64,000 nt of DNA from an uncultured Bacteroidia bacterium (GCA_938086785.1 CALKCM010000010.1:35741-99740); one strand, 5' to 3'. Shown: positions 9,712 through 20,599, numbered from the stretch's first letter. Translations and numbers: made by a program. The notes: generated by a model from the letters alone, not told the origin.

Positions 9712-10608
9712 TCAATTTGCCTCTGATTTAAATGGGAACCATCGGGAAAGGATAAAACCAATACCTAATGTTATAAAAAAACTGAACAAGGCATAAACCA
9801 GTGCGGGTTGCTCCATGGTTTTGTTTCCAATTTTTTCTCCTGCTATAATTAAGGCTAAAGCGGTATTATGAAGGCCAATTTCAATGGTACAGGTTAAGGT
9901 GTTTCTATCGTTTAGTTTAGATATCCTTCCAAAGAAAAATCCAGCAGCCATTGAAACAATATTTAGAATAATCATCCATGGTGCTAAAGATAAAATGATG
10001 CTTATTGTGATGTTAGAACCACCGTAAACGGTACCTGCAAAGAATTTTATTCCGAATATTAGAACAAGCAATAAAGGAAGTATTCGATTCAAGTATTTAT
10101 TGATAACAAAACCAGCCATATTGAATAAGCTCCTAAAGTAAAAGCCAAGAAATGTGGGCAAAACAGTTACATAGAATATCTCAACCAAGGTGCGCCAAAA
10201 GGAAAACTGCACTGATTGTGGAGGAAGACCGATTCTTTGACTAAATAACAGAATAAGAAAAGGAATACTAAAAACCGATATAACGGCATTTAATACCGTT
10301 AGACTTATTCCAAGAGCCACATTAGCACGCAAAAAGTAACTCACTAAATTACTGGTTATTCCACCTGGACAAATACTCAAAATCATAATCCCCATTTTAA
10401 GTTCGAGGCTGAACGAGCTGCATTGAACTATAATCCAAGCGATGAGAGGCAATAATATCATCTGACCTAGCAATCCAATCATTAATGCTTTAGGAGACGC
10501 CATTAAGTTATTTAAATCTCTCTTCGTTAATGAGAGGCCTAGGCCAAACATAATAGCAGCCAGCGTAAGGTTGAGAATTGTATTTAGAGACTCAGAAGTT
10601 AACCACAT
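9712..10608 (-). CDS. Bile acid:sodium symporter (BASS) family transporter
   Basis: Polytopic membrane protein with the BASS signature SICPGGITSNLVSY. Confidence 0.75.
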   Translation of the reverse strand: MWLTSESLNTILNLTLAAIMFGLGLSLTKRDLNNLMASPKALMIGLLGQMILLPLIAWIIVQCSSFSLELKMGIMILSICPGGITSNLVSYFLRANVALGISLTVLNAVISVFSIPFLILLFSQRIGLPPQSVQFSFWRTLVEIFYVTVLPTFLGFYFRSLFNMAGFVINKYLNRILPLLLVLIFGIKFFAGTVYGGSNITISIILSLAPWMIILNIVSMAAGFFFGRISKLNDRNTLTCTIEIGLHNTALALIIAGEKIGNKTMEQPALVYALFSFFITLGIGFILSRWFPFKSEAN

Positions 10609-11263
10609 TATGCTCGCATAATAATTTCCAGAAAAGATAGAGAAAATAAACGCCTATGCAAGTAAGAATGAGTCCAAAATACTTTTGAATAAAAAAGTAG
10701 ATCTTCTTAGAAATTTTCTTCCCCAAAAACTCACTTAAATACACCTTACCTAAATCAATGCTTAATAAGGTTAGTAGGATACTACACACGTTAATAAATA
10801 AAAGCCACTTATCATTTGAACCGCTTTCTTCATATCCTATGGAAACTCCTGCTAAAATACCAATCCACAACATAATTGGAAATGGATTCATCAAGTTCAC
10901 AAGAAAACCCTTTACAAAAGAGGCAGATCCTGAGGGCGGCTTGGACAATCCTTTTAAGAATACATTATATTTAGTTACATAACTCTGAATTCCAAGAAAC
11001 AAGACCGTGATGGAAGCAACTAATGCAAATCCCATTTGAAAAAATGGTTTTGTGAAAAAATCGCTTAGGCCGAAAAAAACGATCATGGCTACTGCAAACT
11101 CACTGAGAAAAATACCTAAAGCCATGCGTGTGGCCGATTTTCTACCAGATCCTATGCCCGTATTTACAAGCGTAAAAAATGAGGGACCAAAACTAAGTAG
11201 ACCAATAACAACGCCTTGCCACATACCAGTAAGTATAGCTATAATCCAGTCCAATCTGCGCAA
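10592..11263 (-). CDS. LysE/RhtB-family amino-acid exporter-like membrane protein
   Basis: About 220 aa with roughly 6 TM segments, the size and topology of LysE translocators. The start is TTG at 11263; the first ATG is at 11224. Confidence 0.5.
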   Translation of the reverse strand: MRRLDWIIAILTGMWQGVVIGLLSFGPSFFTLVNTGIGSGRKSATRMALGIFLSEFAVAMIVFFGLSDFFTKPFFQMGFALVASITVLFLGIQSYVTKYNVFLKGLSKPPSGSASFVKGFLVNLMNPFPIMLWIGILAGVSIGYEESGSNDKWLLFINVCSILLTLLSIDLGKVYLSEFLGKKISKKIYFFIQKYFGLILTCIGVYFLYLFWKLLCEHNVVNF

Positions 11264-11370
11264 GTTAAAACTCTATATTCACTTTGTGAAATTTAGATTT
11301 CCATATAAGATTAAATAAGAAGGCAGCATAAACAAAAATAATTCATTTCATTCATGTATGATGGGAGCGC

Positions 11371-12165
11371 TCAAGAGAAGTACTTTTTAATAGACTTCAT
11401 GAGCTCTTCTTTTACTAACGGATTGCTAGCCACAATTGAATTGCCGAATACATAGTCATTGCCTTCACTAAAATCACACATCTCGCCTCCTGCTTCGGTC
11501 ACTATAAGTGATCCAGCAGCAACATCCCAAGGACTTAAATTTAGTTCGAAAAAACCTTCAAACTTACCCCATGCTACATAGGCTAAATCAATAGCAGCTG
11601 AACCCATTCTCCGCAGGCCATGCGTTCCTTTCATAAAATGCGCTAAGAGATCAAGGTATTTTTCCGTTTCGTCAAAGGTGTAATACGGAAAACCTGTTGC
11701 AAGGAGAGACTGATCTAAACTCTTAATTTTTGATACTCCAATTTGAACGCCATTTAAATAGGCTCCTTTTCCTTTTTGGGCAAAGAACATTTGCTCCATT
11801 TTAGGGCAGTACACCCATGCCAATTCAGCTTCTCCGTCCTTATAGAGAGCTACACTGATGCTAAACACTTGCAAACCGTGCAGAAAATTAGTTGTCCCAT
11901 CTAGAGGATCAATAATCCAACAATATTCCGCATCTTTAGACTGTGGAATGGTATTTTCCTCAGTAATAAAGGCAGCGCCTGGGAGAGCTACTTTACAGGC
12001 TTCAACCAAGCGTTGTTCACTGGTTACATCCACCTTACTTACCAATTGATTGAGTCCCTTACTTTCTACTTTTAGCGAGAGCAAGGACTTTTGCTCATCC
12101 ATTTGATACTGGCCTACTTCCTTTATGCGGGTTTCAACTAAATCAATAATTTTTTTTGTTAGCAT
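11371..12165 (-). CDS. suhB: Inositol monophosphatase family protein (SuhB-like)
   Basis: WIIDPLDGTTNF, GSAAIDLAYVA and WDVAAG motifs. Confidence 0.88.
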   Translation of the reverse strand: MLTKKIIDLVETRIKEVGQYQMDEQKSLLSLKVESKGLNQLVSKVDVTSEQRLVEACKVALPGAAFITEENTIPQSKDAEYCWIIDPLDGTTNFLHGLQVFSISVALYKDGEAELAWVYCPKMEQMFFAQKGKGAYLNGVQIGVSKIKSLDQSLLATGFPYYTFDETEKYLDLLAHFMKGTHGLRRMGSAAIDLAYVAWGKFEGFFELNLSPWDVAAGSLIVTEAGGEMCDFSEGNDYVFGNSIVASNPLVKEELMKSIKKYFS

Positions 12166-12621
12166 TTAGCAATGCTCTGCATAGGCAGCGCTTAGATTAT
12201 CTGCTACCATTTCTGCAGTTCGTCCTTCGATCATGTGACGTTCTACCATATGAACCAATTCTCCATTCTTAAAAAGAGCCACTGCCGGGCTACTTGGAGG
12301 AAATGGAGCAGTATACTCTCTTAACTTAGCAACTGCATCGAGGTCCTGACCGGCAAAAACAGTCGTTAACTGGTCTGGTTTTTTATCGCCAGTTAAACTG
12401 TGAACAACACCAGGACGTGCCATACCTGCTGCGCAACCGCAAACACTATTTACAACAACCAGAGTACTTCCCTGCATATTGCTCATCATATTCTCCACAT
12501 CTTCTGTGCTCTTTAATTCTGTAAAACCATTTTCGGTCAACTCTGCACGCATGGGTGCTACTAACATTTCTGGGTAAGGCATAATATCTTTTATTTCTCT
12601 GGTGCCTATTCTACGTCCCAT
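12166..12621 (-). CDS. Bacilliredoxin (BrxA/BrxB, YphP/YqiW, DUF1094 family)
   Basis: VVVNSVCGCAAG redox motif, TVFAGQD and PSSPAVALFKNGELVH align closely with my recollection of B. subtilis YphP. The real start may be the internal ATG at 12582. Confidence 0.85.
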   Translation of the reverse strand: MGRRIGTREIKDIMPYPEMLVAPMRAELTENGFTELKSTEDVENMMSNMQGSTLVVVNSVCGCAAGMARPGVVHSLTGDKKPDQLTTVFAGQDLDAVAKLREYTAPFPPSSPAVALFKNGELVHMVERHMIEGRTAEMVADNLSAAYAEHC

Positions 12622-12821
12622 ATCTTAATAAGGGATCATTTTTTAACACCTTTTTGAATAGTACAAATTTCAGGCAAAAAAGTTAAGTCTGCCAAATTAA
12701 CAGGAAAAATAAAAATATTGTTCTCTTTTACATAAGCGAGCTCCAGTAATTTAATTTACGTCATAATTACTTGTTTAATAACATTTTAAATATTAGATTT
12801 GGTTTAAACAATCTTAAAATT

Positions 12822-13271
12822 ATGAAAATTAAAAAATTTAATTGGCTTGCCATTTTTGCTGGCGCCGTAGCATGTTTCTTTCTTGGCTTTCTGTGGTATG
12901 GAGTATTATTTCTTGATACCTGGGCTGCTGGAAATGGATTAGAATTAGACAAAGTAGCCGAAACAATGTCAAGGAACGGAGTAGACATTCCCATGAGCAG
13001 CGCTCCAATGATTATTAATATCATAGCGATATTATTCTTTTCTTGGTTCATGCATTGGCTTCAAAACAAAACAGGTGGCCGCTCATTAAACAATGGGCTA
13101 TCTCTAGGAATTCTTATTGGTATTGTCATGTTCTTAGGAATCATGACTGGAAACTTATTTGCAGCGAATCCCGTTAGCTTAACCATGGTAGATGGATCAT
13201 ACACCTTTATAACTTGGGTCCTGCTTGGTTTAATAATTGGGGCATGGCCACAAAAGAAAATAGATAAATAA
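12822..13271 (+). CDS. DUF1761-like small membrane protein
   Basis: MKIKKFNWLAIFAGAVACFFLGFLWYGVLF...W is the typical DUF1761 N-terminus, with 4 TM segments. An ATG at 12822 is preferred over the non-ATG start at 12771. Confidence 0.5.
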   Translation: MKIKKFNWLAIFAGAVACFFLGFLWYGVLFLDTWAAGNGLELDKVAETMSRNGVDIPMSSAPMIINIIAILFFSWFMHWLQNKTGGRSLNNGLSLGILIGIVMFLGIMTGNLFAANPVSLTMVDGSYTFITWVLLGLIIGAWPQKKIDK

Positions 13272-13293
13272 AAATAAAATTATAAGATATTCG

Positions 13294-13326
13294 CAGCCAA
13301 TTCCTCCAAAGAATTGGCTGTTTTTA
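13294..13326 (+). terminator. Rho-independent terminator
   Basis: Perfect 10-bp stem CAGCCAATTC / GAATTGGCTG with a 7-nt loop, followed by TTTTT. Confidence 0.8.
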
Positions 13327-13486
13327 TTGGTATTTTAGCAGTCAAATACTCTTTTTAGAAAGCCTATAATTGAGGTGCTCGTTGCATTCGTATTGCAAAA
13401 TTCCTATTCTAGTACTTGCATTAAAAAAGTTGCATAATCATTTGTAAATCTGCATCTTTGTTTCACTCAAAATACGACATAAATAA

Positions 13487-15385
13487 ATGACTGATAATTC
13501 CCACATGTTTGACGAGATGCCTTTTGATTCTCTTCATCATTTTTTATTGAACTCCGCTAACAATACTCATACGCCCGATTCTCCATATTTACATGAAAAG
13601 AAAAACGGTGAATGGATTCATTACACTTATGCGGAAATACTAACGAAGGTTAATTACTTCGCCAATTGGCTCGTAAGTCAAGGACTCCAAAAAGGAGACC
13701 GTGTAGGAATGATTACTGATAATTGTCCAGATTATTATGTAATTGATCAGGCTCTTATAAAACTGGGTTTAGTCAATGTAAGCATATACCCTACCCTAAC
13801 AGCAGATGAAACTAAATTTATCATTAACGATTCTGGTATAAAGGTTCTTTTAGTGGGAACACCATTTCTTTATAAAAAATTCAAAAAGATAGAGGCTGAT
13901 TGCCCAGAGGTTTTTAGGGTAATACACCTAAAAAACGAGGTGTTTTTAGATGACAAATTTCTTTTTTGGCCACATGTTCTTGAGGAAGGAAAAAACTTAT
14001 CAGAAGAATATGCAGACGAGGTTGAAAAACGTTTTTCAGCAGTGAATCGGGATGATTTAGCCACGTTAATTTATACAAGCGGAACTACTGGCGTACCCAA
14101 AGGAGCTATGTTAAGTCACTTTAATTTCATGAGTAACTGTTATGATGCTGTAACATTGTGTCCAGCACTCAACGAGAATGATCTTTTCTTGAGTTTCCTA
14201 CCTCTAAGCCATGTATATGAGCGTATGGCAACGTATTACCTAACCAGTTATATAGGTGCTCAGGTTGCCTTTAGTGAAAGTTTAGAAAAAGTAGCGCAAA
14301 ACATTGGTGAAATAAGACCAACTATAATGGGTTGCGTTCCAAGGTTGTTGGAACGTGTACACGATAAAGTCATTAAAAATGCAAGTGATGCGGGAGGAGT
14401 AAAAAAGAAAATTTTCTTTTGGGCACTTGGAGTAGGAACAAAAGTGAGGCTCATTAAAGATGCTGGCAAAACGGTAGGACCTATAGATGCAGCTAAATAT
14501 GGAATAGCAAACAAACTTGTTTTTAGTAAAATCAAAGAAAAAATGGGTGGTCGCATGAGACTATTTGTCTCAGGTGGTGGAGCTCTTGCACCTCATGTAG
14601 GTGAATTTTTTGCTAACCTTGGATTTAAAGTACAAGAAGGCTACGGGTTGACTGAAACATCCCCCTTTGTTACAATAAACGAATGGGAAAGACAGCTTTA
14701 TGGAACAGTAGGTCGAGTTGCACCAAGCCAAACAGTGGCTCTTCAAAACATTGAAACCAAAGATATTATTGCGGAACAAACATACGATAGCTATTCTCCT
14801 GAATTTGAAAGTGAAGAAGGTGAAATATTAATTAAAGGGCCAAACATTATGCAAGGCTACTGGAAAAACAAACCTGAAACAGACAATGTTTTTGATGAGG
14901 ATGGTTGGTTTCACTCCGGAGATATTGGGCGATTTGATAGGGGATATTTGAAAATAACAGATCGCCTCAAAAACATGCTCAAGACCAGTTTAGGTAAAAA
15001 TATTTACCCTACTCAAATTGAAAGCACTTTGCTAAAAAGCAGTAGAATCGATCAAATTTTCATTATTGGAGATAAACGAGAATACTTAACAGCCATTATT
15101 GTCCCAAACCATGAAGAGGCTTTACAAACTTTTAACTTAAGCCCTGGATTTTTTGAGAAAGCAGATGATATTCTCATCCACGACGAAATGCATAAATGGT
15201 TGGCTGAAGGATTAAAAGATCATGGGAAAAATTTAGCCAAGTTTGAACGAATGAAAAACTTTGTTATCCGCTCTAGACCATTCAGTATCGAAACTGGTGA
15301 AATGACTCCTAAAATGAGTGTTAAGCGCAAAGTAGTCCTTGAAAACTACGCGGATGTTATAGACTCGATGTACGCCTCTCGTTAA
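13487..15385 (+). CDS. Long-chain-fatty-acid--CoA ligase (AMP-dependent synthetase/ligase)
   Basis: AMP-binding signature IYTSGTTGVPKGAMLSH. GYGLTETS, WFHSGDIG and PKMSVKRK are also present. Confidence 0.88.
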   Translation: MTDNSHMFDEMPFDSLHHFLLNSANNTHTPDSPYLHEKKNGEWIHYTYAEILTKVNYFANWLVSQGLQKGDRVGMITDNCPDYYVIDQALIKLGLVNVSIYPTLTADETKFIINDSGIKVLLVGTPFLYKKFKKIEADCPEVFRVIHLKNEVFLDDKFLFWPHVLEEGKNLSEEYADEVEKRFSAVNRDDLATLIYTSGTTGVPKGAMLSHFNFMSNCYDAVTLCPALNENDLFLSFLPLSHVYERMATYYLTSYIGAQVAFSESLEKVAQNIGEIRPTIMGCVPRLLERVHDKVIKNASDAGGVKKKIFFWALGVGTKVRLIKDAGKTVGPIDAAKYGIANKLVFSKIKEKMGGRMRLFVSGGGALAPHVGEFFANLGFKVQEGYGLTETSPFVTINEWERQLYGTVGRVAPSQTVALQNIETKDIIAEQTYDSYSPEFESEEGEILIKGPNIMQGYWKNKPETDNVFDEDGWFHSGDIGRFDRGYLKITDRLKNMLKTSLGKNIYPTQIESTLLKSSRIDQIFIIGDKREYLTAIIVPNHEEALQTFNLSPGFFEKADDILIHDEMHKWLAEGLKDHGKNLAKFERMKNFVIRSRPFSIETGEMTPKMSVKRKVVLENYADVIDSMYASR

Positions 15386-15460
15386 AAAAATGCATAATTG
15401 AAGGGACAGTAGAATAAACCCTACAGTAATGTAGTAGATTTAGATTATTTTTGCCACTGA

Positions 15461-16498
15461 ATGGATGCGTTAAACCTAAATTTTTTGGCTGTTTCCTCAG
15501 CAGCCGTTGGACTTTCCGCAATTGTATTCATGCGACTAGCCAATGTTTGGGGTTTAGTTGCTCATCCAAATAGCAGAAGCAGTCATGGAACTCCAACTGT
15601 TACTGGAATGGGTGTTTTGGTTCCCATTGCTGTACTGGTCTATTATTTATGGCAGCCACAATCACTTAATTTGGGGTTTTTCCTTGGATTTACGATAGTT
15701 AGTGTAATCAGTTTTATTGATGATGTCTACTTCTTAAAGCATTCTCTTCGACTCCTTTTTCAATGCTTAGGCTTGGGATTAATGATTTTATTTCTTCCTT
15801 TTCAAAGCACTGGAATAGAAATTATAGCGATTGGTACGGCTGGCTTGATTTTAGGAATAGGGGTAATAAATGCATATAACTTTATGGACGGGGTAAATGG
15901 AATGCTCACTCTGCATAGCATATTAGTGCTGCTTTCTTTCCTTTTCCTCAATGAAAATCTAACTGATTTTGAGAATAATGCCCGCCCTTTTACCGATTCT
16001 GATTTTATCATTAACCTTATTATACCCTTGGCTATTTTTGCCCTATTTAATGTGCGGGTGCATGCCAAAGCCTTTATTGGGGATGTTGGAGCTATAAGTA
16101 TAGCTTTTGTAATTCTTTATTTAATGTTTAGCCTATTGCTCCAATCCGGCAACTACGCTTATCTCTTGCTTTTTAGCATTTTTGGAGCAGACGCCGGTCT
16201 TACCGTATGCTACAAACTTATATTAGGTGAAAATATTTTTGTCCCTCACCGAGATTTTCTATTCAAAAAGTTGGTTCACATTAAGAAACTATCTCACTTA
16301 AAAGTAAGTGTTTACTACCTATTTGCTCAGACTATAATAAACGTAGTTATTCTTTTTGTTATTCCCCAACATCCAAAATTAAGCTCACAATTATCCATTC
16401 TTTTCATTGGTACTGTAACGCTCATTGCCGTTTACATCCTCCTTCAGCATCAAATGAACCGGATAGTAAAAGCCGCCGGCGGCCTAATTGAAGAATAG
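15461..16498 (+). CDS. Glycosyltransferase family 4 (MraY/WecA-like polyprenyl-phosphate hexosamine-1-phosphate transferase)
   Basis: Polytopic membrane protein with ISFIDDV, NAYNFMDGVNG and FIGDVGA motifs. Confidence 0.8.
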   Translation: MDALNLNFLAVSSAAVGLSAIVFMRLANVWGLVAHPNSRSSHGTPTVTGMGVLVPIAVLVYYLWQPQSLNLGFFLGFTIVSVISFIDDVYFLKHSLRLLFQCLGLGLMILFLPFQSTGIEIIAIGTAGLILGIGVINAYNFMDGVNGMLTLHSILVLLSFLFLNENLTDFENNARPFTDSDFIINLIIPLAIFALFNVRVHAKAFIGDVGAISIAFVILYLMFSLLLQSGNYAYLLLFSIFGADAGLTVCYKLILGENIFVPHRDFLFKKLVHIKKLSHLKVSVYYLFAQTIINVVILFVIPQHPKLSSQLSILFIGTVTLIAVYILLQHQMNRIVKAAGGLIEE

Positions 16499-16623
16499 TA
16501 AAAGCCACCTGTTTATAAATTTGCTCTTAAAGGTTTTAAGATTAATACAAGGCAAAATGCCCCTAAAATATCTCAGGGATAAGCATAAATAATATTGCAC
16601 CTTAAAAACGGATACATCCGAGA

Positions 16624-18363
16624 CTACTTTATATTTAAGTCTTTCAATTGCTCCGCGTTTAAAGGAGACGGCGCATCAATCATAACATCGCGGCCTGAGT
16701 TATTTTTAGGAAAAGCGATGTAGTCTCTAATACTACTGGTTCCTCCAATCAAACTGCACAACCTATCAAAACCTAGCGCAATTCCGCCATGCGGAGGAGC
16801 TCCATACTCAAATGCCTGCATTAAAAACCCAAACTGAGCTTGGGCATCTTCCTTGGAAAAACCCAATAAACTAAACATCTTTGATTGCAAGTCCTTATCA
16901 AATATTCGAATACTACCACCCCCAACTTCTACTCCATTAATAACCATATCATAGGCATTTGCTCTCACTTCACCAGGGGATGATTCCATTTTATCCAGAT
17001 CCTGTTCTAATGGGGCTGTAAATGGGTGATGCATGGCATGGTACCTTTGACTGTCTTCATCATATTCCAACAAAGGAAAATCTAATACCCAAAGTGCTTT
17101 ATATTCATCTGGGTTTCTTAAACCTCTTTGCTCTCCAATATGTAAGCGCAATTCTGACATTTGACTTTGAGTAGTGGCTTTATCTCCCGAAAGAACAAAG
17201 ATGATGTCATTGGCCTCAGCTCCACAAATAGAAGCCCATTGATCTAGAGCATCCTGATCATAGAATTTATCTACCGAACTTTTAAAACTTCCGTCCTCGT
17301 TGCATCTACAGTAAATTAACCCTTTGGCACCTACTTGCTGTGATTTCACAAAGTCTGTAAGTTTATCAATTTCTTTTCGCGTGTATGAGTTTCCATCTTT
17401 AACATTAATGGCTATAACAGATTCTGCTGAATCAAAAATTCCAAAACCTTTTCCTTGAGCCACTTCCGTAATATAATTAAAGGACATCCCAAAACGTGTA
17501 TCAGGCTTATCGCTGCCATACAAATTCATTGCATCAGCATAGGTCATGCGATCAAATTTAGGCATATCTAAACCCCTTGCTTCTTTCAAAATATGCTTGG
17601 TCATGCCCTCAAAGATGGTAAGAATATCTTCTCGTTCAACAAAGCTCATTTCACAATCTATTTGAGTAAACTCCGGCTGTCTGTCTGCACGTAAGTCTTC
17701 ATCTCTAAAGCACTTTACTATTTGGAAATACTTATCCATTCCACCCACCATTAGCAATTGCTTAAAGGTCTGAGGACTCTGAGGTAATGCATACCACTGA
17801 TTTTCGTTTAAACGGCTAGGTACAATAAAATCTCTAGCTCCTTCCGGAGTGCTTTTAATTAAAACTGGAGTTTCTACTTCTATAAAATTTTCATTGCTCA
17901 AATAGTTTCGAACCAGTTGAGCCACTTTATGCCTTAATATTAATTTTTCCTTTACGGGCTCTCTTCTAATATCCAGATACCGGTATTGCATTCGTAAATC
18001 TTCACCCCCATCTGTATCATTTTCAATCGTAAAAGGAGGAAGTTTAGACGGATTTAAGATTTCAATATCCTCTACGCGAATTTCAACCGCGCCACTTGGT
18101 ATTTTATCATTTTTACTTTCCCTTTCAATAACCTCACCCTTTACGGATAGCACAAATTCACGACCTAGGGATCGGGCGATCTTAAGCGAAGCCTCATTAG
18201 ATATTTCCTCATTTAAAACCAATTGGGTAATCCCATATCGATCTCTTAAATCAATCCAAAGAACAAACCCCTTGTCTCTAACTTTGGATACCCATCCACA
18301 TAGATTTACCTTTTGACCGATATGCGCAGCTCTTAATTCACCACAATGATGCGTTCGTAACAT
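16624..18363 (-). CDS. aspS: Aspartate--tRNA ligase
   Basis: [11 protein letters not shown]...GWV anticodon-binding OB fold. Class II motifs are present ([41 protein letters not shown]). Confidence 0.95.
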   Translation of the reverse strand: MLRTHHCGELRAAHIGQKVNLCGWVSKVRDKGFVLWIDLRDRYGITQLVLNEEISNEASLKIARSLGREFVLSVKGEVIERESKNDKIPSGAVEIRVEDIEILNPSKLPPFTIENDTDGGEDLRMQYRYLDIRREPVKEKLILRHKVAQLVRNYLSNENFIEVETPVLIKSTPEGARDFIVPSRLNENQWYALPQSPQTFKQLLMVGGMDKYFQIVKCFRDEDLRADRQPEFTQIDCEMSFVEREDILTIFEGMTKHILKEARGLDMPKFDRMTYADAMNLYGSDKPDTRFGMSFNYITEVAQGKGFGIFDSAESVIAINVKDGNSYTRKEIDKLTDFVKSQQVGAKGLIYCRCNEDGSFKSSVDKFYDQDALDQWASICGAEANDIIFVLSGDKATTQSQMSELRLHIGEQRGLRNPDEYKALWVLDFPLLEYDEDSQRYHAMHHPFTAPLEQDLDKMESSPGEVRANAYDMVINGVEVGGGSIRIFDKDLQSKMFSLLGFSKEDAQAQFGFLMQAFEYGAPPHGGIALGFDRLCSLIGGTSSIRDYIAFPKNNSGRDVMIDAPSPLNAEQLKDLNIK

Positions 18364-18456
18364 GGGTGCAAAGATACTTTTAATTGCAAGGCTTTCAAGG
18401 GTCTTTTGCCAAGATTTTCAATTGCATTCTACACCATATTCAACCTTATATTTTAG

Positions 18457-18464
18457 TATATTTG
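18457..18464 (+). promoter_or_regulatory. -7 promoter box (TATATTTG) upstream of the TRIC-family gene
   Basis: Perfect TAnnTTTG. It implies a leader of about 105 nt before the ATG at 18579. Confidence 0.4.
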
Positions 18465-18578
18465 CATCATACCATGCAAAAAGTTTGAATTTCCCGCAAG
18501 CTTACTCAAGGCGCAGGTAGCAATATAATGAACTAACCGACTTCAGGTGCAACCCACGATAGACCTCATAAATCAAAA

Positions 18579-19187
18579 ATGACTTTTATTTACTTTTTAG
18601 AACTCTTTGGAACCTTCGTTTTTGCTATTAGCGGCATTTTAACAGCTACTTCAAAAAAATTTGATTTGGTAGGCGCCATTATTATTGGCATCGTAACCAG
18701 TATGGGAGGTGGCACGCTGAGAGATCTTCTTATTGGCTCCACACCAGTAGGTTGGATGCTAGACCTAAATTACATATATGTGGTGGGAGCAGCACTTTTC
18801 ATTTGCTTTTTCTTTAGCAAATACTTTAAACACCTAAGAAAGAGCTTTTTTCTCTTTGACACGATCGGAATAGCTCTTTTTACAGTATTGGGAATGCAGA
18901 AAACACTGGATGCTGGCCTATCGCCAACCATGGCCATTATGATGGGTATTGTTTCTGCCGTTTTTGGAGGAGTGATTAGGGACGTATTAACCAATCGCAT
19001 CCCACTCATTTTTAGAAAAGAAATATACGCCATTGCTTGTCTAGCAGGGGCCTTAACGTATTATTTAATGATGCGATTTTCGCAATTAGATAATATCAAT
19101 CTTGCTGTCTCCATGCTCGTTGTTATTATTATCCGCGTTATTTCCGTAAAAAAGAGCATTACCCTTCCCTTTCAACCAAAAATATAG
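18579..19187 (+). CDS. Trimeric intracellular cation channel (TRIC)/UPF0126 family membrane protein
   Basis: Two internal repeats each carry the glycine-rich motif (GGGTLRDLL and GGVIRDVL). 7 TM segments. Confidence 0.8.
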   Translation: MTFIYFLELFGTFVFAISGILTATSKKFDLVGAIIIGIVTSMGGGTLRDLLIGSTPVGWMLDLNYIYVVGAALFICFFFSKYFKHLRKSFFLFDTIGIALFTVLGMQKTLDAGLSPTMAIMMGIVSAVFGGVIRDVLTNRIPLIFRKEIYAIACLAGALTYYLMMRFSQLDNINLAVSMLVVIIIRVISVKKSITLPFQPKI

Positions 19188-19328
19188 GGCCTGGCATCGT
19201 TCCCATCTCCCGATGCTATTCACCTCAAGAAACCTATAATTTTAGTTCAGGTCTCGTATTCAATAATTGCTAAAGGATACATTATCTATTCTTAAACTTT
19301 CGTATTACTTTCGCTGAACACAATAGTT

Positions 19329-20147
19329 ATGTCAAACGGAATTTTAAAAGGTAAAAAAGGAATTGTATTTGGAGCTTTAAACGATGCTTCTATTGCTTGG
19401 AAAGTTGCTCAGCGTTGCGTGGAGGAAGGTGCAGAAATTATTCTAACCAATGCTCCTGTAGCAAAAAAAATAGGTCAAACAGAAGTGCTTGCAAAAGAAT
19501 TAAACACCGAAGTGATTTATTGCGATGTTACCAAGATGGAAGATCTTGAAAACTTAGTAAGCCAAAGTTTGGAAAAACTTGGCGGAAAATTTGATTTTGT
19601 TTTGCATAGTGTAGGAATGAGCTTAAATGTTAGAAAGAAAAAAGCATACACTGATTTAAACTATGATTGGATGCATACATCCATAGATATCAGCGCCATG
19701 AGTTTCCACCGTTTAATGCAAGTTCTTTGGAAGCAGGATGCTGTTAAAGATTGGGGAAGCATTATGGCCTTATCCTACATTGCAGCCCAAAGAACCTTTC
19801 CCGACTACAGCGAAATGGCAGAAGCAAAAAGCATGTTAGAGAGCATTGCAAGAAGCTTTGGTTACCATTACGGAAAAGCTAAAAAGGTTCGTGTAAATAC
19901 CATTAGTCAAAGTCCTACCATGACCACTGCAGGTAGCGGAGTAGGTGGCTTTGATGCCTTTTATAACTACGCCAATAAAATGAGTCCACTAGGCAATGCC
20001 AGTGCAGATGCATGCGCCGATTATGTAATTACTATGTTTAGCGATTATACAAAAATGGTTACGATGCAGAACCTATTTCACGATGGTGGATTTAGCAATA
20101 CGGGAATATCCTCTGATTTGATGGATGACTTCAGAGATCCGGAGTAA
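19329..20147 (+). CDS. fabI: Enoyl-[acyl-carrier-protein] reductase (NADH), FabI
   Basis: LKGKKGIVFGALNDASIAW Rossmann start. The Y..M...K catalytic region (SYIAAQR...MAEAKSMLE) is present and the length is typical at 272 aa. Confidence 0.88.
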   Translation: MSNGILKGKKGIVFGALNDASIAWKVAQRCVEEGAEIILTNAPVAKKIGQTEVLAKELNTEVIYCDVTKMEDLENLVSQSLEKLGGKFDFVLHSVGMSLNVRKKKAYTDLNYDWMHTSIDISAMSFHRLMQVLWKQDAVKDWGSIMALSYIAAQRTFPDYSEMAEAKSMLESIARSFGYHYGKAKKVRVNTISQSPTMTTAGSGVGGFDAFYNYANKMSPLGNASADACADYVITMFSDYTKMVTMQNLFHDGGFSNTGISSDLMDDFRDPE

Positions 20148-20192
20148 AGAGATATAATAGAGTAAGGTATATTTCCACTGCTAATTTTGCTG

Positions 20193-20200
20193 TACTTTTG
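20193..20200 (+). promoter_or_regulatory. -7 promoter box (TACTTTTG) for panD and the downstream array
   Basis: TAnnTTTG lies 8 nt upstream of the panD ATG. A second match, TAATTTTG, is at 20182-20189. Confidence 0.45.
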
Positions 20201-20208
20201 CAAAACAC

Positions 20209-20559
20209 ATGCAATTAGAAGTACTTTATTCTAAAATACATAATGTAAAACTCACTCAAACCGAGTTAAACTACACAGGATCAGTAACCATTGATATGGA
20301 TTTAGTGGATGCCGCTGGGATGATTCCAAACCAAAAAGTTCTTATAGTAAACAACAATAATGGGGCTCGTATAGAAACCTATATTATTGCGGGAGAAAGA
20401 GGAACAGGAATCATAGGGTTAAATGGTTCTGCCGCTCGCCAAGGCCAATTGGGAGATGAACTTATAATCATGAGTTTTGCCCTAATGGAAATGGATGAAG
20501 CCAAGCAATGGTCGCCAAAAAACATTTTTCCTGGGCAATACAATAGATTAGTAGATTAA
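20209..20559 (+). CDS. panD: Aspartate 1-decarboxylase (pyruvoyl-dependent)
   Basis: MQLEVLYSKIHNVKLTQTELNYTGSVTID contains the G-S self-cleavage site. 116 aa. Confidence 0.93.
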   Translation: MQLEVLYSKIHNVKLTQTELNYTGSVTIDMDLVDAAGMIPNQKVLIVNNNNGARIETYIIAGERGTGIIGLNGSAARQGQLGDELIIMSFALMEMDEAKQWSPKNIFPGQYNRLVD

Positions 20560-20599
20560 GCCTCTGAAAAAGAAAATAATAAATATCATATTTGCCATT

